Shown: positions 12,601 through 22,682, numbered from the stretch's first letter. The stretch: 64,000 bases of DNA from Phoronis australis (GCA_002633005.1 NMRA01000109.1:656624-720623), one strand, 5' to 3'. Translations and numbers: made by a program. Notes: generated by a model from the sequence alone, not told the origin.

Positions 12601-15600
12601 AAGATGGTGCCGTTGTTGGCATGTGGCAAAATTGCTGTCAAGCCATCATCTATTCCTGTCGGCACCATATCTATGTGTAGTTTTCGCAAGGTTAAATAAT
12701 ACAAGCGCTTGCTGCATTTTGAGTTTGCTTGTAAGCACGGATTCAGAGGCTTGGATGCTGAGGGCCTATATTCTATATATGTCTGTTCCTGGTCGTTGCC
12801 AACTCTGGGTCCGTGGCTGCTTCAGCTGTAAGTGGCACTGATAATAAAGCACGGCTTTCCTCCTTTAATCAAATGTGATATGGCTGTGCTGTGTCATTAT
12901 TACATCGTACTGTAATTATTAGATAATTACTGCTGCTGTGTTATTGGACGTGATTAGTGATGCATGAGTTCAGCTTTGTATACAGTTTGCACTGTACATG
13001 GTTAACTGCACAGGAGATTGCATGTCTAACTGAGGATCAGTACAAAACATCTTAAATACTCAAGTCAGAGATCCAAGTACAGCTGCTTGTTACAGCAATC
13101 TGCTCATATCTTCTTCAACTCACCCTGTTGTTCACATTCATTCTTGTGTCATCAGCGTCTGCAGTCTAATCCGTGTACTCAAAATCAAACTGCATTTTCT
13201 ATTTCACTGTTGTGCGAAATCAAGATAAGTGTCTAGTACATCAATTATCTAATCCTAAATTACACTTGGTGATCCCAGCATTACGGCTGAAAGTTTCGAG
13301 TCTGAACCAAAATTTTGGTTGAAGTTTACTCAAAATCTCGAGAGATTTTACTCAAGTTAGAGTCATCAAATGCAAAGTTTGACTAGACGCTCTTGCACAT
13401 AAACATTGATTTACTTGAGCACTGACTAATAGACACTTATCTTGGGCTCCCACAAAAGTAAAACAAAAATGCTGAGCTTCCTTTCAATTTCCAGTAGGAA
13501 GATTATTAAACCCCAACCCCCTGATTGTAGGTAACAGTAGTGTAGCGTTTAGTAACACTTCTCAATAAGTGTGCTTGTTTTGGACTGCATTTTTGACACA
13601 ATCTTGCATACATGGTGGATGGTGATGAGCCAGAAATCTTTCAGGCATCGATTGTGATTGTGCTTCATTTAGTAAGAGTGATTTTTTTATTTGGATTATG
13701 TAAAATCATTCATATGATCGCACATTTAGAACATCATCTCAAGTTGGTTGTGTCAGAACCAAAGCAAGCACTGCCATGTACTGTGACCAAACATTGTGCC
13801 TTGTGAAGTCTCTGTCAGAACCAAAGCAAGCACTGCCATGTACTGTGACCAAACATTGTGCCTTGTGAAGTCTCTGTCAGAACCAAAGCAAGCACTGCCA
13901 TGTACTGTGACCAAACATTGTGCCTTGTGAAGTCTCTGTCTCTCAGTTATGATATAAAACTGGTCTCTACTTGTTTCTCACTCGAAATGGAACGAATTTC
14001 TGGGTTTGTAAAGGGCTGACAAGTTCGTTATTCCTTAAGACCATGCTCGACTAACAAAAGAAAATGCCCTGATAGAACCTGGTCTCAAGCAATAACTGAC
14101 TGTCAGCTCACGTCGAATCTCTGAAATCACCCGAAATTCAACTAAGGAACAATTTGAGATCAGTTTCATGACTGTAAGTGCTCTAAATGTCATGTTTTTG
14201 TGACGGAAGGCAGGTTTACAGATGCTTTTGTGGTTCTCTGTTTCCACAAGAACTTCTTTTTCATCGATAAAACTACATGGTTTGGTCACAGTGCAAGAAC
14301 TTCGTCACCATTTGTCACTCACTGAGCCGGTTAACTTGATATGGTGCATATTCCTGTGTTGTCTTCATTTGTCGTTGCCATGGAAACTGCATGGTGTGTG
14401 TCGAGTCCTGAAAACAACCTTTGTGTTTTGTGAAGTAAAATTAATTCGTCAGTGAAGTCTTCAAAACTTGGGCATATTGAACACATACTCTAGTCAAACA
14501 TGTTACCCTAATCAATCTATTTTAATTTCGAAATGTGGTTGTTTTAGTTAGAAGTAATACTATGAACAGTCATCTCTAAAGAAGCACTTAAGCTATCTCG
14601 GTCTATCTAATCCCTTGAAAATGCAGTTTATGTTTTCCCAGTTGATAAAATACAAGTTATATCGTCAAAATGTATGCTTTGGCAGGCTCAGAAAAACAAA
14701 TCCATGATAAAAGGGAGTTATTTTTGATGAGAATTCCACACATCTAACGCTGTGCTACCAATCTTTCATCACATTGAACAACTACATTTATTTACGAAGC
14801 TCAGTTTAACATTTTAATACAAGCATCTGGTTGTCCCAAATGTGTAACCTAGTGTTGCATAGCTAATGGTGAAGTTTGCATGAGTTTAGATTGTAGTCTG
14901 ATTTAATTGCATTTTTAACTGTCAAGTGTGCAGTAGCTCATGCTGTTTTCAACAAATCTTTAATGTTGCAATTCACCGTGTTTAGTTGACTAAAAAAACA
15001 AAAATCAAATTAAGCCTTTTACTCTCACAGTATTTGTTACTGTGATAGGATGGTATCTTCCTTGCCATCTCACTGACAATGTGTATACATGCCTTTCTCA
15101 AATTCCCAAGTCTGCCAATCCCAATAAACTCTGAAGCATTTTCTTGAGTCGCTGGTGGCTTTGATGTTCTTATTGGTAACAGAAATAGAATACTCTCATG
15201 GTAAGGAATATACTATGAAACTGATTTTATGAGAAGAAAAGGCCCAATTCTGTTTGGATTTTGGTTCTTAGCTAGCTAAGGGTAGCAAAGTGTGGCTTCA
15301 AGTGTGTCTTTAAAAACAAAATCTTTAACAGAATGTACATGCATCTTTTTCTAGTGCTCTCAGTCTTTAAAAATTGAGTTCTTTCGATATGATACATCAT
15401 AGTAACATTGATTTATTTACTTTTCCTATGCCTTTGCGATGCACATTGTCTTCTGATCTGTGGTTAATCAAAACCGCTCTAGAATTCTGTTCAGTTTGTT
15501 TCTTCCAAAGTCTTAAATCATTCACTTTACAATGCACCAGTCAAGTTGACCGTCTGTCTCAGTCACGTGACCATTTTCTTCTTCTAGCCGCTAGACTTCT

Positions 15601-18600
15601 GTCACAATATAAACGCACCAATCTTCGTTCTCCTCGACATGCAGCCAATCGGAGTAAGAAGCCAGGTACAGTGGCATGCCGCATGCTACACCAACCTGTC
15701 GTACATTTGATCCGTTGTGTATCCAGGCCTTGCCTGTGCCATTTTGATTTACTATCGTGCATGTCTTTTGTTGGTCTACTTCCTGTTAAGAATACTCCAT
15801 GTGCTACCCAGCTGTATGCATGATATATTGGCTGTTGTTTTTTCTTTCGTTTGTCAGTGTATCCAGTAACCCCGTGGAACCATTTCTTTATAAATACTCT
15901 CACTAGTTTTCTCTTCAAGACATTGTCAAAATTCAGGAATGTCTGATTTAACGTTGCGGTGTTGCATGTACGCTTTGAAAAGATGTCTTTAAGATTGTAG
16001 ATTGCGAACTGAGTTTGTGAAAAAAAGTTCCAGCCATTGATGAAATTTAGGCAGTTTGCTTGTTTAGTCTGGTGTCAGTTTTCTGTCTTGGATCCTGTCA
16101 AATGAAAGTAAAATGCCAAAATTATAAACAATAATCAGGCCAGATTTACAACTCCCCAGGTACATACAATGGGTGCAACCGTTATCAGAGCTCACCGATT
16201 AATCGAAACAAATAATTTGGTAAAAGTTTCAAGTGCTAAATTGCCCCTGTGGTCACCTGCAAAACTTTTGAAAATATGGTGCAATTATTCCTATTTGGGT
16301 TCGTGTCAAGTCGTATTAGTGGCAGATACCTGATCACCCGCATAAGTGATGGGAAATCATGGTTCATTCAAAACCAGATCACTGAATTACTGGTTACCAT
16401 TTGAACATTGGTGTCGTCATAATTGTTGTGAAGTATTTGGATCTTGCCATCTCGTGGACTAGACAATCCTTTGGTTGATTCTTTTGTATAGTCTCTCTGA
16501 ATGTCATAACTCTACAGTTCTTTCAGTCCTATCTGTGCATGCACAGCAACAATGAGGTGCAAACGATTCCATCGCCACGCCTCTTAATATCGGCTACGAT
16601 CCCCTAAACCAGCAAACACCAAACCCACAGTACAAATTCCTTACTCATCCCCTTAATTCCACATACTTACTCGATACCCGCTGGGTGTAATCCATACTTG
16701 GGTACCAAACTCCTCATCCGGACCAGGGCTTGGAATTTTCCTCTTTTAAGAGGATATCCTCTTTTTTGGTTTCCTTTCCTCCTATTTGATTTCAGGTTTC
16801 TTCTTTTTTTGTCTCTTTTTATCATTATTTTGACTTTACTCATGCAAAAATGTTTATTTCAGTTAAATACAAAAAATATTTCTATCACACAAGCCTATTT
16901 GTGGAACTATAACATCGCCTGGAAATTTTTTTTCTTTTTTGTCATTGGTCTTTCCAGGGCTTGCTAAGCCTACTATTTGGGTCAGAAGTATTGAGTATTT
17001 TTAGTGAGAACATGGAGTTACGGTGATGGAATTTGTATTGTGCGTGTTTGGTGTCTCCTGGTCCAGGACTGGGGTTTACAGGATCAGTGCTGGAATTTAG
17101 AGGCATGGCCATGGAATCGTTTCCACTCCTAAATAAGCTTAAAATTAAGATATCTTCCAGTTGAACATCTCTTGTTTTATGCCTACTGATTTTCTTAAAG
17201 GAGAATGCCACCTCATTTAATTAGTGTTTTTTACCGTCTTAATTGGTCTATATCCACTTCGCCTCTTATACGGTCGACCTCATCTTGCCGAGAGGTGTCG
17301 TATTAACCTGTGAAACACAGGTGAGCAACGACGCAGCGACGTCATTGGTTCATCTGCAGAGTGAATGCTGCTATATTGTGGTGCATCATTCCCGCTTGTC
17401 CGAACTACGAAGCTGCGAAGAAAGTGGGTATATTGTTTTTTCGACTTCCTCGAGAGCCCGAAATGCTTAGGAAGTGGCTCGTGGTAGTGAACAATGAAAA
17501 GTACACTGTTAATAGCAAATATGAGGCCGTGAAACATCTCCGTGTCTTTGTCCGTCATTTTGTCGACAGTGATTTCTCTTGCGAATTCCGGCTTACCAAA
17601 GAACTATCCATACGTTCCGTTGCCTGTGCATGTTCACGGCGCCTCTTGAGTATTTTTTGATCAGTGAGTGTATTCCGGCTCGAACTGATAGATTGTGATA
17701 CCTAACGATTGATCTGACCCGTGAAGTCTTCGTCGGATGAGCTCTCGACTAAGTCTGGATTGGCGCCGGGCGAGTTGCCAAGTAGACATTTATTATCCTG
17801 CATTCTGTTACAAAATGAATTATTCTCACCTCAACAAATGCTTATATAAAACTGAAACAAAGTCTGTCTCATTAGATACAATTTTATGCCTTTGGAGTAT
17901 TCATGAGTGCAAATGTTTTGAGAAGCCTGCAATGAATAAACCACTGCGTTACCGGCTTCAGATGCATTAAAGGTAATTGACCGGGCACCGAGGCCGTGTG
18001 AGCACATGCTAATTCAGTATTTGCTGACAGAAAGCTGTTGTAAAACAATAACTCGATTTCATATGCTATGGTCACATGTTAGGGGAATCTTTATTTAGAT
18101 TTACAAATACATTATTCACATCATTGTTACTATACAACTTTTGCCCTGACGGTTCTGTAAAGGGGCACCTTGACTTCGCAGGCCCCGACAAGTAAGTAAG
18201 ATTGCAGTTTTGTGGCTAATTCACCAAAATAATTATGTGTGCATTATTTCTTTGGCTCACTATTATAGTCTTTTCATGACTGGAGGTTTAGTTTCCAGTT
18301 AAAGCTGATTTATGTTCGTGATGTCCAGTCCCGGCAGCCGCGCCAGGCCTGCTGATTGGGCTCCAAGCCACTGGCGGGGAGTAACAAGCGTTTTGTGTGT
18401 TTGGGACTAAAAAAATCACAAGTACAACACACAGCTATGTTCCCCCGTCTGTATTTCAGGGAAGAATGGTTTGAATTTATCACCAAACAGACCAAACTCC
18501 CGCGACCACCGGGAACTTTGTAGACTACGGTACATTCAAATACCTATAAATCCGTGATAGTGAAATAAAACAACACGTTTGTTCAAGAACTACATGTATT

Positions 18601-20652
18601 TGTAAGGGGTTTACATCGAATTTTGATGATTTATTGGTGTAAAACGATGAATTCAAGCGATAAGTTGACACCAGTAAACGTGTTGTGAACGGCTGAACAG
18701 ACTGCGTTCAAACCGATTACTTCATTGGTTAATTTCAACACTTCCGTCTGCCGTTAGGTGTCAAGTAAAACAACTGAACTTGCTGTTATCGAGTGGAACT
18801 ACTCGATCTAAATTGATACAAAATAGGTTATTTTTGGGTGGCATTCTCCTTTAACTACCGATCATTGCCTTACAATGCCTACACCTATTTGTTCAAGCTG
18901 TAGTACAGACACATACTCATGACTCCATTAACTCTCTTAATTGGACAATGCCAGTTGTGATTTTTTCGATATTGTTCTAATTCTAACCCTTGCTTACTCT
19001 CAGTATGTCTTAAGAAGATTCAACTGTTTGTGATGGGCTTAAACTATGTAAGCAGGCCTTTATCTAGAGGGCCTTGTGGCCTAAGCACTCCTGATGTACT
19101 GCAAAAGGCATCAGGCCACCTGCACTCTTTTTTCATCCAGAGGGTGTCCAGAGTGTAAAAGTAGGCACATTGTATCAAATTTGGACCGTTTTGTTCATCA
19201 TTTGGTCACCCATGTATAGTTAACAAGTAAGCATAGGTGTCTCTTTTAACAAGACTCCAACAGCTCTGGGAGCTCAATGGCCTGTCCAGAATGAAAAGTT
19301 GGTTTAGATACAAAAAACTTTAGTGCAGAAGCATGAGTCGTCAGTAAGGTACCACATTAGAACAGCTTTTTGACTAGGGATCATAGAAACACTGCCGTGC
19401 GTTATTGGTCATGGGCATCCTGAGAAATTGGAAAACCCATTTTGGATGCCCTATTTTTGAAATCTTGGATTAACCCTATAAGTAAGCCATGCTTGGTGTG
19501 GCTTATTTGGTTTCTCATGTTGAAGTGAAATTCTGTTGACTGTCATTCATGCTCTTCATATCCTTTATCCATAAATTGTTGCCCATGCGTTGTTAACTGT
19601 TCATTGCATGTTCATGTGTTAATGTCTGCCCACTTACCGTTGACCATTTTTCCCGTGTCCTGTTGAAATTGCTGATTGCCATTATGGAATCATGCTAGGT
19701 TTCTGCCATTGTGCATATTGGGTAGTGCTGTCAGTCAGTCAAAGGTGTACGGGAGAATGATTGAGTAGTTACACTACCTATACTCAAGCTTTCACCACTG
19801 ACAGGCTTTCACGACTGTAATGTGGCAAACTGATATTTAAATGCATGTCACATATGGTGTTGACACACAGTAGTGTGAGAAGGCATTTGTTGAAATGAAC
19901 TCACTTAAATGATTTTATTTTCGTTATTTTTAGGCTACCACTGGGACACATCGGACTGGGCCCCTAACCCTGCATTACCCAACATCACAGAGGTGCCAAT
20001 GAGGGAATCTCCAGATTCACCGCACTCTAGTCTTCATAGCAATGAAAGCAATACACATGTGGGTGAAGTGGATCCCGGCGACATCTATCCAGACTCCGAG
20101 TATCTGGAGAATGACTCAGAGTACGTCGGAGACTCGGAATATGCAGAGAACGAGTTTGATGATGATGACGATGCTGACCTTGACACAGATTTCCCCGAGC
20201 CACCCGAGCTCATGATGACATCACAGGATGACCTGAACTTCAGCGACATGGTTCAACACGACTACAGTATGCACCCGAATGCTTATCTGCCTACCTACTC
20301 ATATCAGAGTAGTGAACAATTGAATCAGTCTCCTGCCAACGGGCGGCGAAGGAATTACAGTTATCCAGTTGTTGACGGAGGGCAGGGCGACGGACCGCGT
20401 GTGCCAAGGCGGTTTGACTATAACAACGGCCTATATCAGACGGACTTTGAACACCCGGGCATAATGTCGGGAATGGACGAGAGCTGTATGAGCGTGGGTG
20501 GGTATACGTCCAATGCTTCCATGTCAGATATCTCAGGACTGTGCGAAATTGAGGACAGTGAAGTGAACTTGAGTGATTACGATGATGATGATGAAACAGT
20601 CAGCAACATCTCGGCCAAGATGTCCAATGCACATCTGCACACACAGGTGTAG
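406..20652 (+). CDS. FAT1: Fat-like atypical cadherin (FAT1/2/3 - kugelei group), 5'-partial; join(406-643,932-1143,1590-1727,2322-2465,4976-5993,6609-6791,7397-7554,8004-8382,8829-9143,11169-11267,11632-12147,12474-12584,19934-20652)
   Basis: 13 GT-AG exons join in one frame. Cadherin motifs (LDVNDNTP, LDRE, DxD), one LamG flanked by EGFs, TM helix, cytoplasmic GYHWDTSDW and C-terminal HTQV (FAT1 ends HTEV). Probably co-orthologous to FAT1/2/3 rather than FAT4. Confidence 0.93.
932..1143 (+). CDS. FAT1: Fat exon: cadherin repeat
   Basis: ttgcag|GT...CAG|gtatg; GHIQLISPVDYD...VLDSNDNPPVF...VLQ. Confidence 0.92.
1590..1727 (+). CDS. FAT1: Fat exon: cadherin repeat (not in ORF track)
   Basis: atcag|CTT...ACT|gtaagt; LQASDRDSPANSKITYSI...KPLDRET, 138 nt. 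Confidence 0.92.
1818..1906. repeat. Alternating purine-pyrimidine low-complexity tract
   Basis: Mixed CA/TA/TG/CG dinucleotides for ~85 bp. Confidence 0.75.
2322..2465 (+). CDS. FAT1: Fat exon: cadherin repeat (not in ORF track)
   Basis: gtttag|GTA...CAG|gtatg; VPNYSLVVTAVDSG...VQDANDNAPWF...VVQ, 144 nt. Confidence 0.92.
2961..2990 (+). CDS. Candidate 30-nt Fat microexon (VNEHGLSRGQ)
   Basis: ttacag|GTG...CAG|gtttac; phase 0-0 matching host intron; GCATG sites downstream. Confidence 0.35.
3655..4495 (+). mobile_element. Helentron/HINE-like non-autonomous element
   Basis: T-run, hairpin GCACCACATAT/ATATGTGGGTGC, CCGT-type repeats, diverged core repeats, 3' GGGCGCAT...CTTGTT; same family as 44136-47981. 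Confidence 0.6.
4976..5993 (+). CDS. FAT1: Fat exon: last cadherin repeats and membrane-proximal non-cadherin region
   Basis: ttccag|GAA...AGA G|gtaag; ENLPV...VTDAD...ATDRDPYD...SRRKRRS...KCVCR. Confidence 0.93.
6609..6791 (+). CDS. FAT1: Fat exon: EGF-like domain
   Basis: cacag|GT...AAA G|gtcagt; DPCQPNPCPAHEVC...YVCTCPDGRTGDKC. Confidence 0.9.
7397..7554 (+). CDS. FAT1: Fat exon: laminin G N-terminal part
   Basis: ctgcag|AG...GAG|gtatg; MTFTGDSYVRW...LRTLQESGVIMY. Confidence 0.9.
8004..8382 (+). CDS. FAT1: Fat exon: laminin G C-terminal part
   Basis: gacag|ATC...CCT G|gtaag; FDCGSG...VNDGFWHDV...FKGCM. Confidence 0.92.
8829..9143 (+). CDS. FAT1: Fat exon: three EGF-like repeats
   Basis: ttacag|GA...ACA G|gtaat; CTSNPCQNHGKC, CASNPCLNGGQC, CEPNPCLNGGVC. 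Confidence 0.93.
9792..10670 (+). mobile_element. Helentron/HINE-like element (second subfamily)
   Basis: TTTTT-GCACCCACAAAA/TTTTGTGG hairpin, (GTCY)n microsatellite, ~150-165-bp core repeats (GCACCAGTCGATTTTTGGACGGATT), 3' GGGCGCAT..TTGTT. Confidence 0.62.
11169..11267 (+). CDS. FAT1: Fat exon: EGF end, juxtamembrane, TM start
   Basis: ttcag|GT...GCA G|gtaatg; GNHCEF...TEEIVGIA, 99 nt, completes the third EGF. Confidence 0.87.
11632..12147 (+). CDS. FAT1: Fat exon: transmembrane helix and proximal cytoplasmic tail
   Basis: ctcag|GT...CAA G|gtatg; GVGVGLIFIVVIFVFVRRW...KLSNLE...PPPVPTRPASYTPS...SVAPSLPPPPPSNSASDTDSIQKPAWEFD. Confidence 0.93.
12474..12584 (+). CDS. FAT1: Fat exon: cytoplasmic tail (not in ORF track)
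   Basis: ttttcag|CAG (tandem acceptor; 12477 alternative)...AAT G|gtgagt; EPSNKLDKILP...SSLPVSESEDDMN. Confidence 0.85.
13495..13530 (+). CDS. Candidate 36-nt Fat microexon (VGRLLNPNPLIV)
   Basis: cttcctttcaatttccag|...TAG|gtaaca; phase 1-1, open frame. Confidence 0.4.
13751..13940. repeat. Perfect 62-bp tandem repeat x3
   Basis: Identical units start at 13751, 13813, 13875. Confidence 0.95.
15588..15665 (+). CDS. Candidate alternative Fat cassette exon (26 aa AARLLSQYKRTNLRSPRHAANRSKKP)
   Basis: Polypyrimidine acceptor ccattttcttcttctag; donor CAG|gtacag; 78 nt, phase 1-1, no stop; GCATG cluster downstream. Confidence 0.55.
17199..18850 (+). mobile_element. Kolobok-like non-autonomous DNA transposon with THAP relic
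   Basis: 14-bp TIR AGGAGAATGCCACC / GGTGGCATTCTCCT, TTAA on both sides; internal THAP-like ORF 17361-17660. Confidence 0.8.
17361..17660 (+). pseudogene. Degenerate THAP zinc-finger fragment
   Basis: CIIPAC...FFRLP...RKW...LRVFVRHF..SDF (third Cys lost). Confidence 0.7.
19934..20652 (+). CDS. FAT1: Fat last coding exon: distal cytoplasmic tail
   Basis: ttttag|GC TAC; GYHWDTSDWAP...DFPEPP...SGLCEIEDSE...HLHTQV*. Confidence 0.93.
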
Positions 20653-22676
20653 AAATCGGTTAAAGTGGTAGTCGGAATTGTCTATATGTGTAGGTTTTAG
20701 GCACGGTCCTCGTCCATTCAAATATGTATTGTCTGTTCCAAGTGGATATCAAAAGTGTACTAGGTTCACTGCTTCATTTTGTTTGAGTTACGAGGCTGGT
20801 TGGACTTAGGTGATTGCCATGTAGAAATTTTAATTTTAGAAGATCTAAAGTTTTCCTGTATTTGATGAGCAAATAGTACCTTGTGCTCCTTTCATTGCAA
20901 GTTGGCGGAAAATTTAAAAATGGGTCTCGGAAACGCGTCCATTGTGCCATTCTGAGACCGTTCACAAAGTGATTTACCTTGATTATTTATTACTATTGAT
21001 CTCATGTTCACTGAATGGAGCTACGCATGTAGGAAGTAAAATACAAATGTATACCTGAATAAAATCTTCTTGCAGGTTGTCAGTTTTTATGTGTGTTGGC
21101 GAAAGTGAGTTTTCATCATGTTCGACATGTTGAAAACTGACAATCTGCGTTGATGGTTCAATTTGAAATACAAAATCGGGCGTCGTGTGTATGTAAAATA
21201 GACGCTACCCGAGTCATATTGTCGTTTGGTGCTTGTACTAATATTCTGAATTGGATGTAATTTTTGTGTTTAACATGACTGTTGCCTTCCAGTGCCTGCA
21301 GCTATGAGAGTGCTACAACTCTTATTTAAAGTGAATGCTGATTGAGCTCATGTTGAGCTGAACTTACGAAATGTGTTGGTTACGTTGGCTTTTTGAAAGA
21401 TTTTATTAACAGCTAGTTTTAGTACATGACGTAGTGGTATCAACACATGTCTCTGTTGTTGAGACCTCTTCCAGTCAATTGTGGTTGTTTTATGCTAGCA
21501 CGATGGCTGTAGTGAATTTGAATGTTCAATGTTTCTTCCAGTCAGGATTTAAAGTGACACATGGTTGTATCGCAGTGACATTAAAGCCATGCTGTTGTGG
21601 TTAGAATTCTTGTTTAGCTGAATTTATTACCTAGCAATGCCTCAAGTCTTGTTATGCTCTGTTACATGGTTTCCTATTAGAACATTTTCATTGTGGTTCT
21701 TAATTGTAACATATTCTTTTCCCCATGACATTTTTTCCCATAATGCACTGCCTGGCTTTTGTCTTCACAATTGATGGTCTGTTTTCAAAAATTAATGTTT
21801 TTTGAAACCTATCTTTAGACCATATGTTTAAGGTATTATTTTGCTTATTAGTTAAGCCTTAAAATTACCAATTGCACATCAGTTGGACTAATCACACCTG
21901 GAAATGTATAAATGCCTTAGTCTCAGTAAAGTCTCACCAATTTAGGACACAATATGACAAAACAAGTGAAATTTAAATTTCTTGTTTTTTCACAACTGGG
22001 ACCTACTGTATGCTTTCGCATTTTGAAGTTCTTCATCGTACCTACCACCAGACTTTTTCCAAGATTGTGAGCATTCACGTTTAGCTTTTGAAAACTGAAA
22101 AAATTGTCCACAGTTGGTGAGATTTTAATCACTAATTACTTTGTTGGATGTTTGGATTGTTCGTTCATAGGTTCAGACTGTGTCGATTTTGTTTTAAATT
22201 AGTCATTAAGTTATCTATACTGCGAACAAAATCACGTTTTGAAGCTTTTAGAACAGAAAACCGTTGATAGTTTTATTTTATGATTTGATACTTTCAGATA
22301 ATCGTGTTAGATTTTAGTAATAAATTATGTGGATTGACAGTAAGCACAAGTTTCACGGTGGTATTAGTTATTTTTTTCTGTTGAAATTGGGATAGTGTGA
22401 AAAGCAGAGGAAAGATGGATTGTGATCCATTTGTGTAAGTGATAAGCTATTGTATATTCAAAAACTGTTCTCCTTTGGTGAGAATGTCTAATGTATCGTG
22501 TTCTAACAGAAGGGAACACAAATTTTATGACAAGTTTTGTAACACATATGAGGATCCCATGGCATAGCAAAGGTAATGGACTGTGTGCGTACTGTAATTG
22601 TTGAATACGAACTGAGATTTAGGATTTTGTACTAGTAGAAATTTTCAGAGACATATATATATATAATACTCTATAA

Positions 22677-22682
22677 AATAAA
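22677..22682 (+). terminator. Probable Fat poly(A) signal (other AATAAA at 21058, 22319)
   Basis: AATAAA followed by a GT-rich tract at the end of a T-rich 3'UTR-like stretch. Confidence 0.4.

Noticed and set aside
16527-16556. Further Fat microexon with in-frame TGA
   Set aside because: Weak donor gtgcaa and no supporting context.
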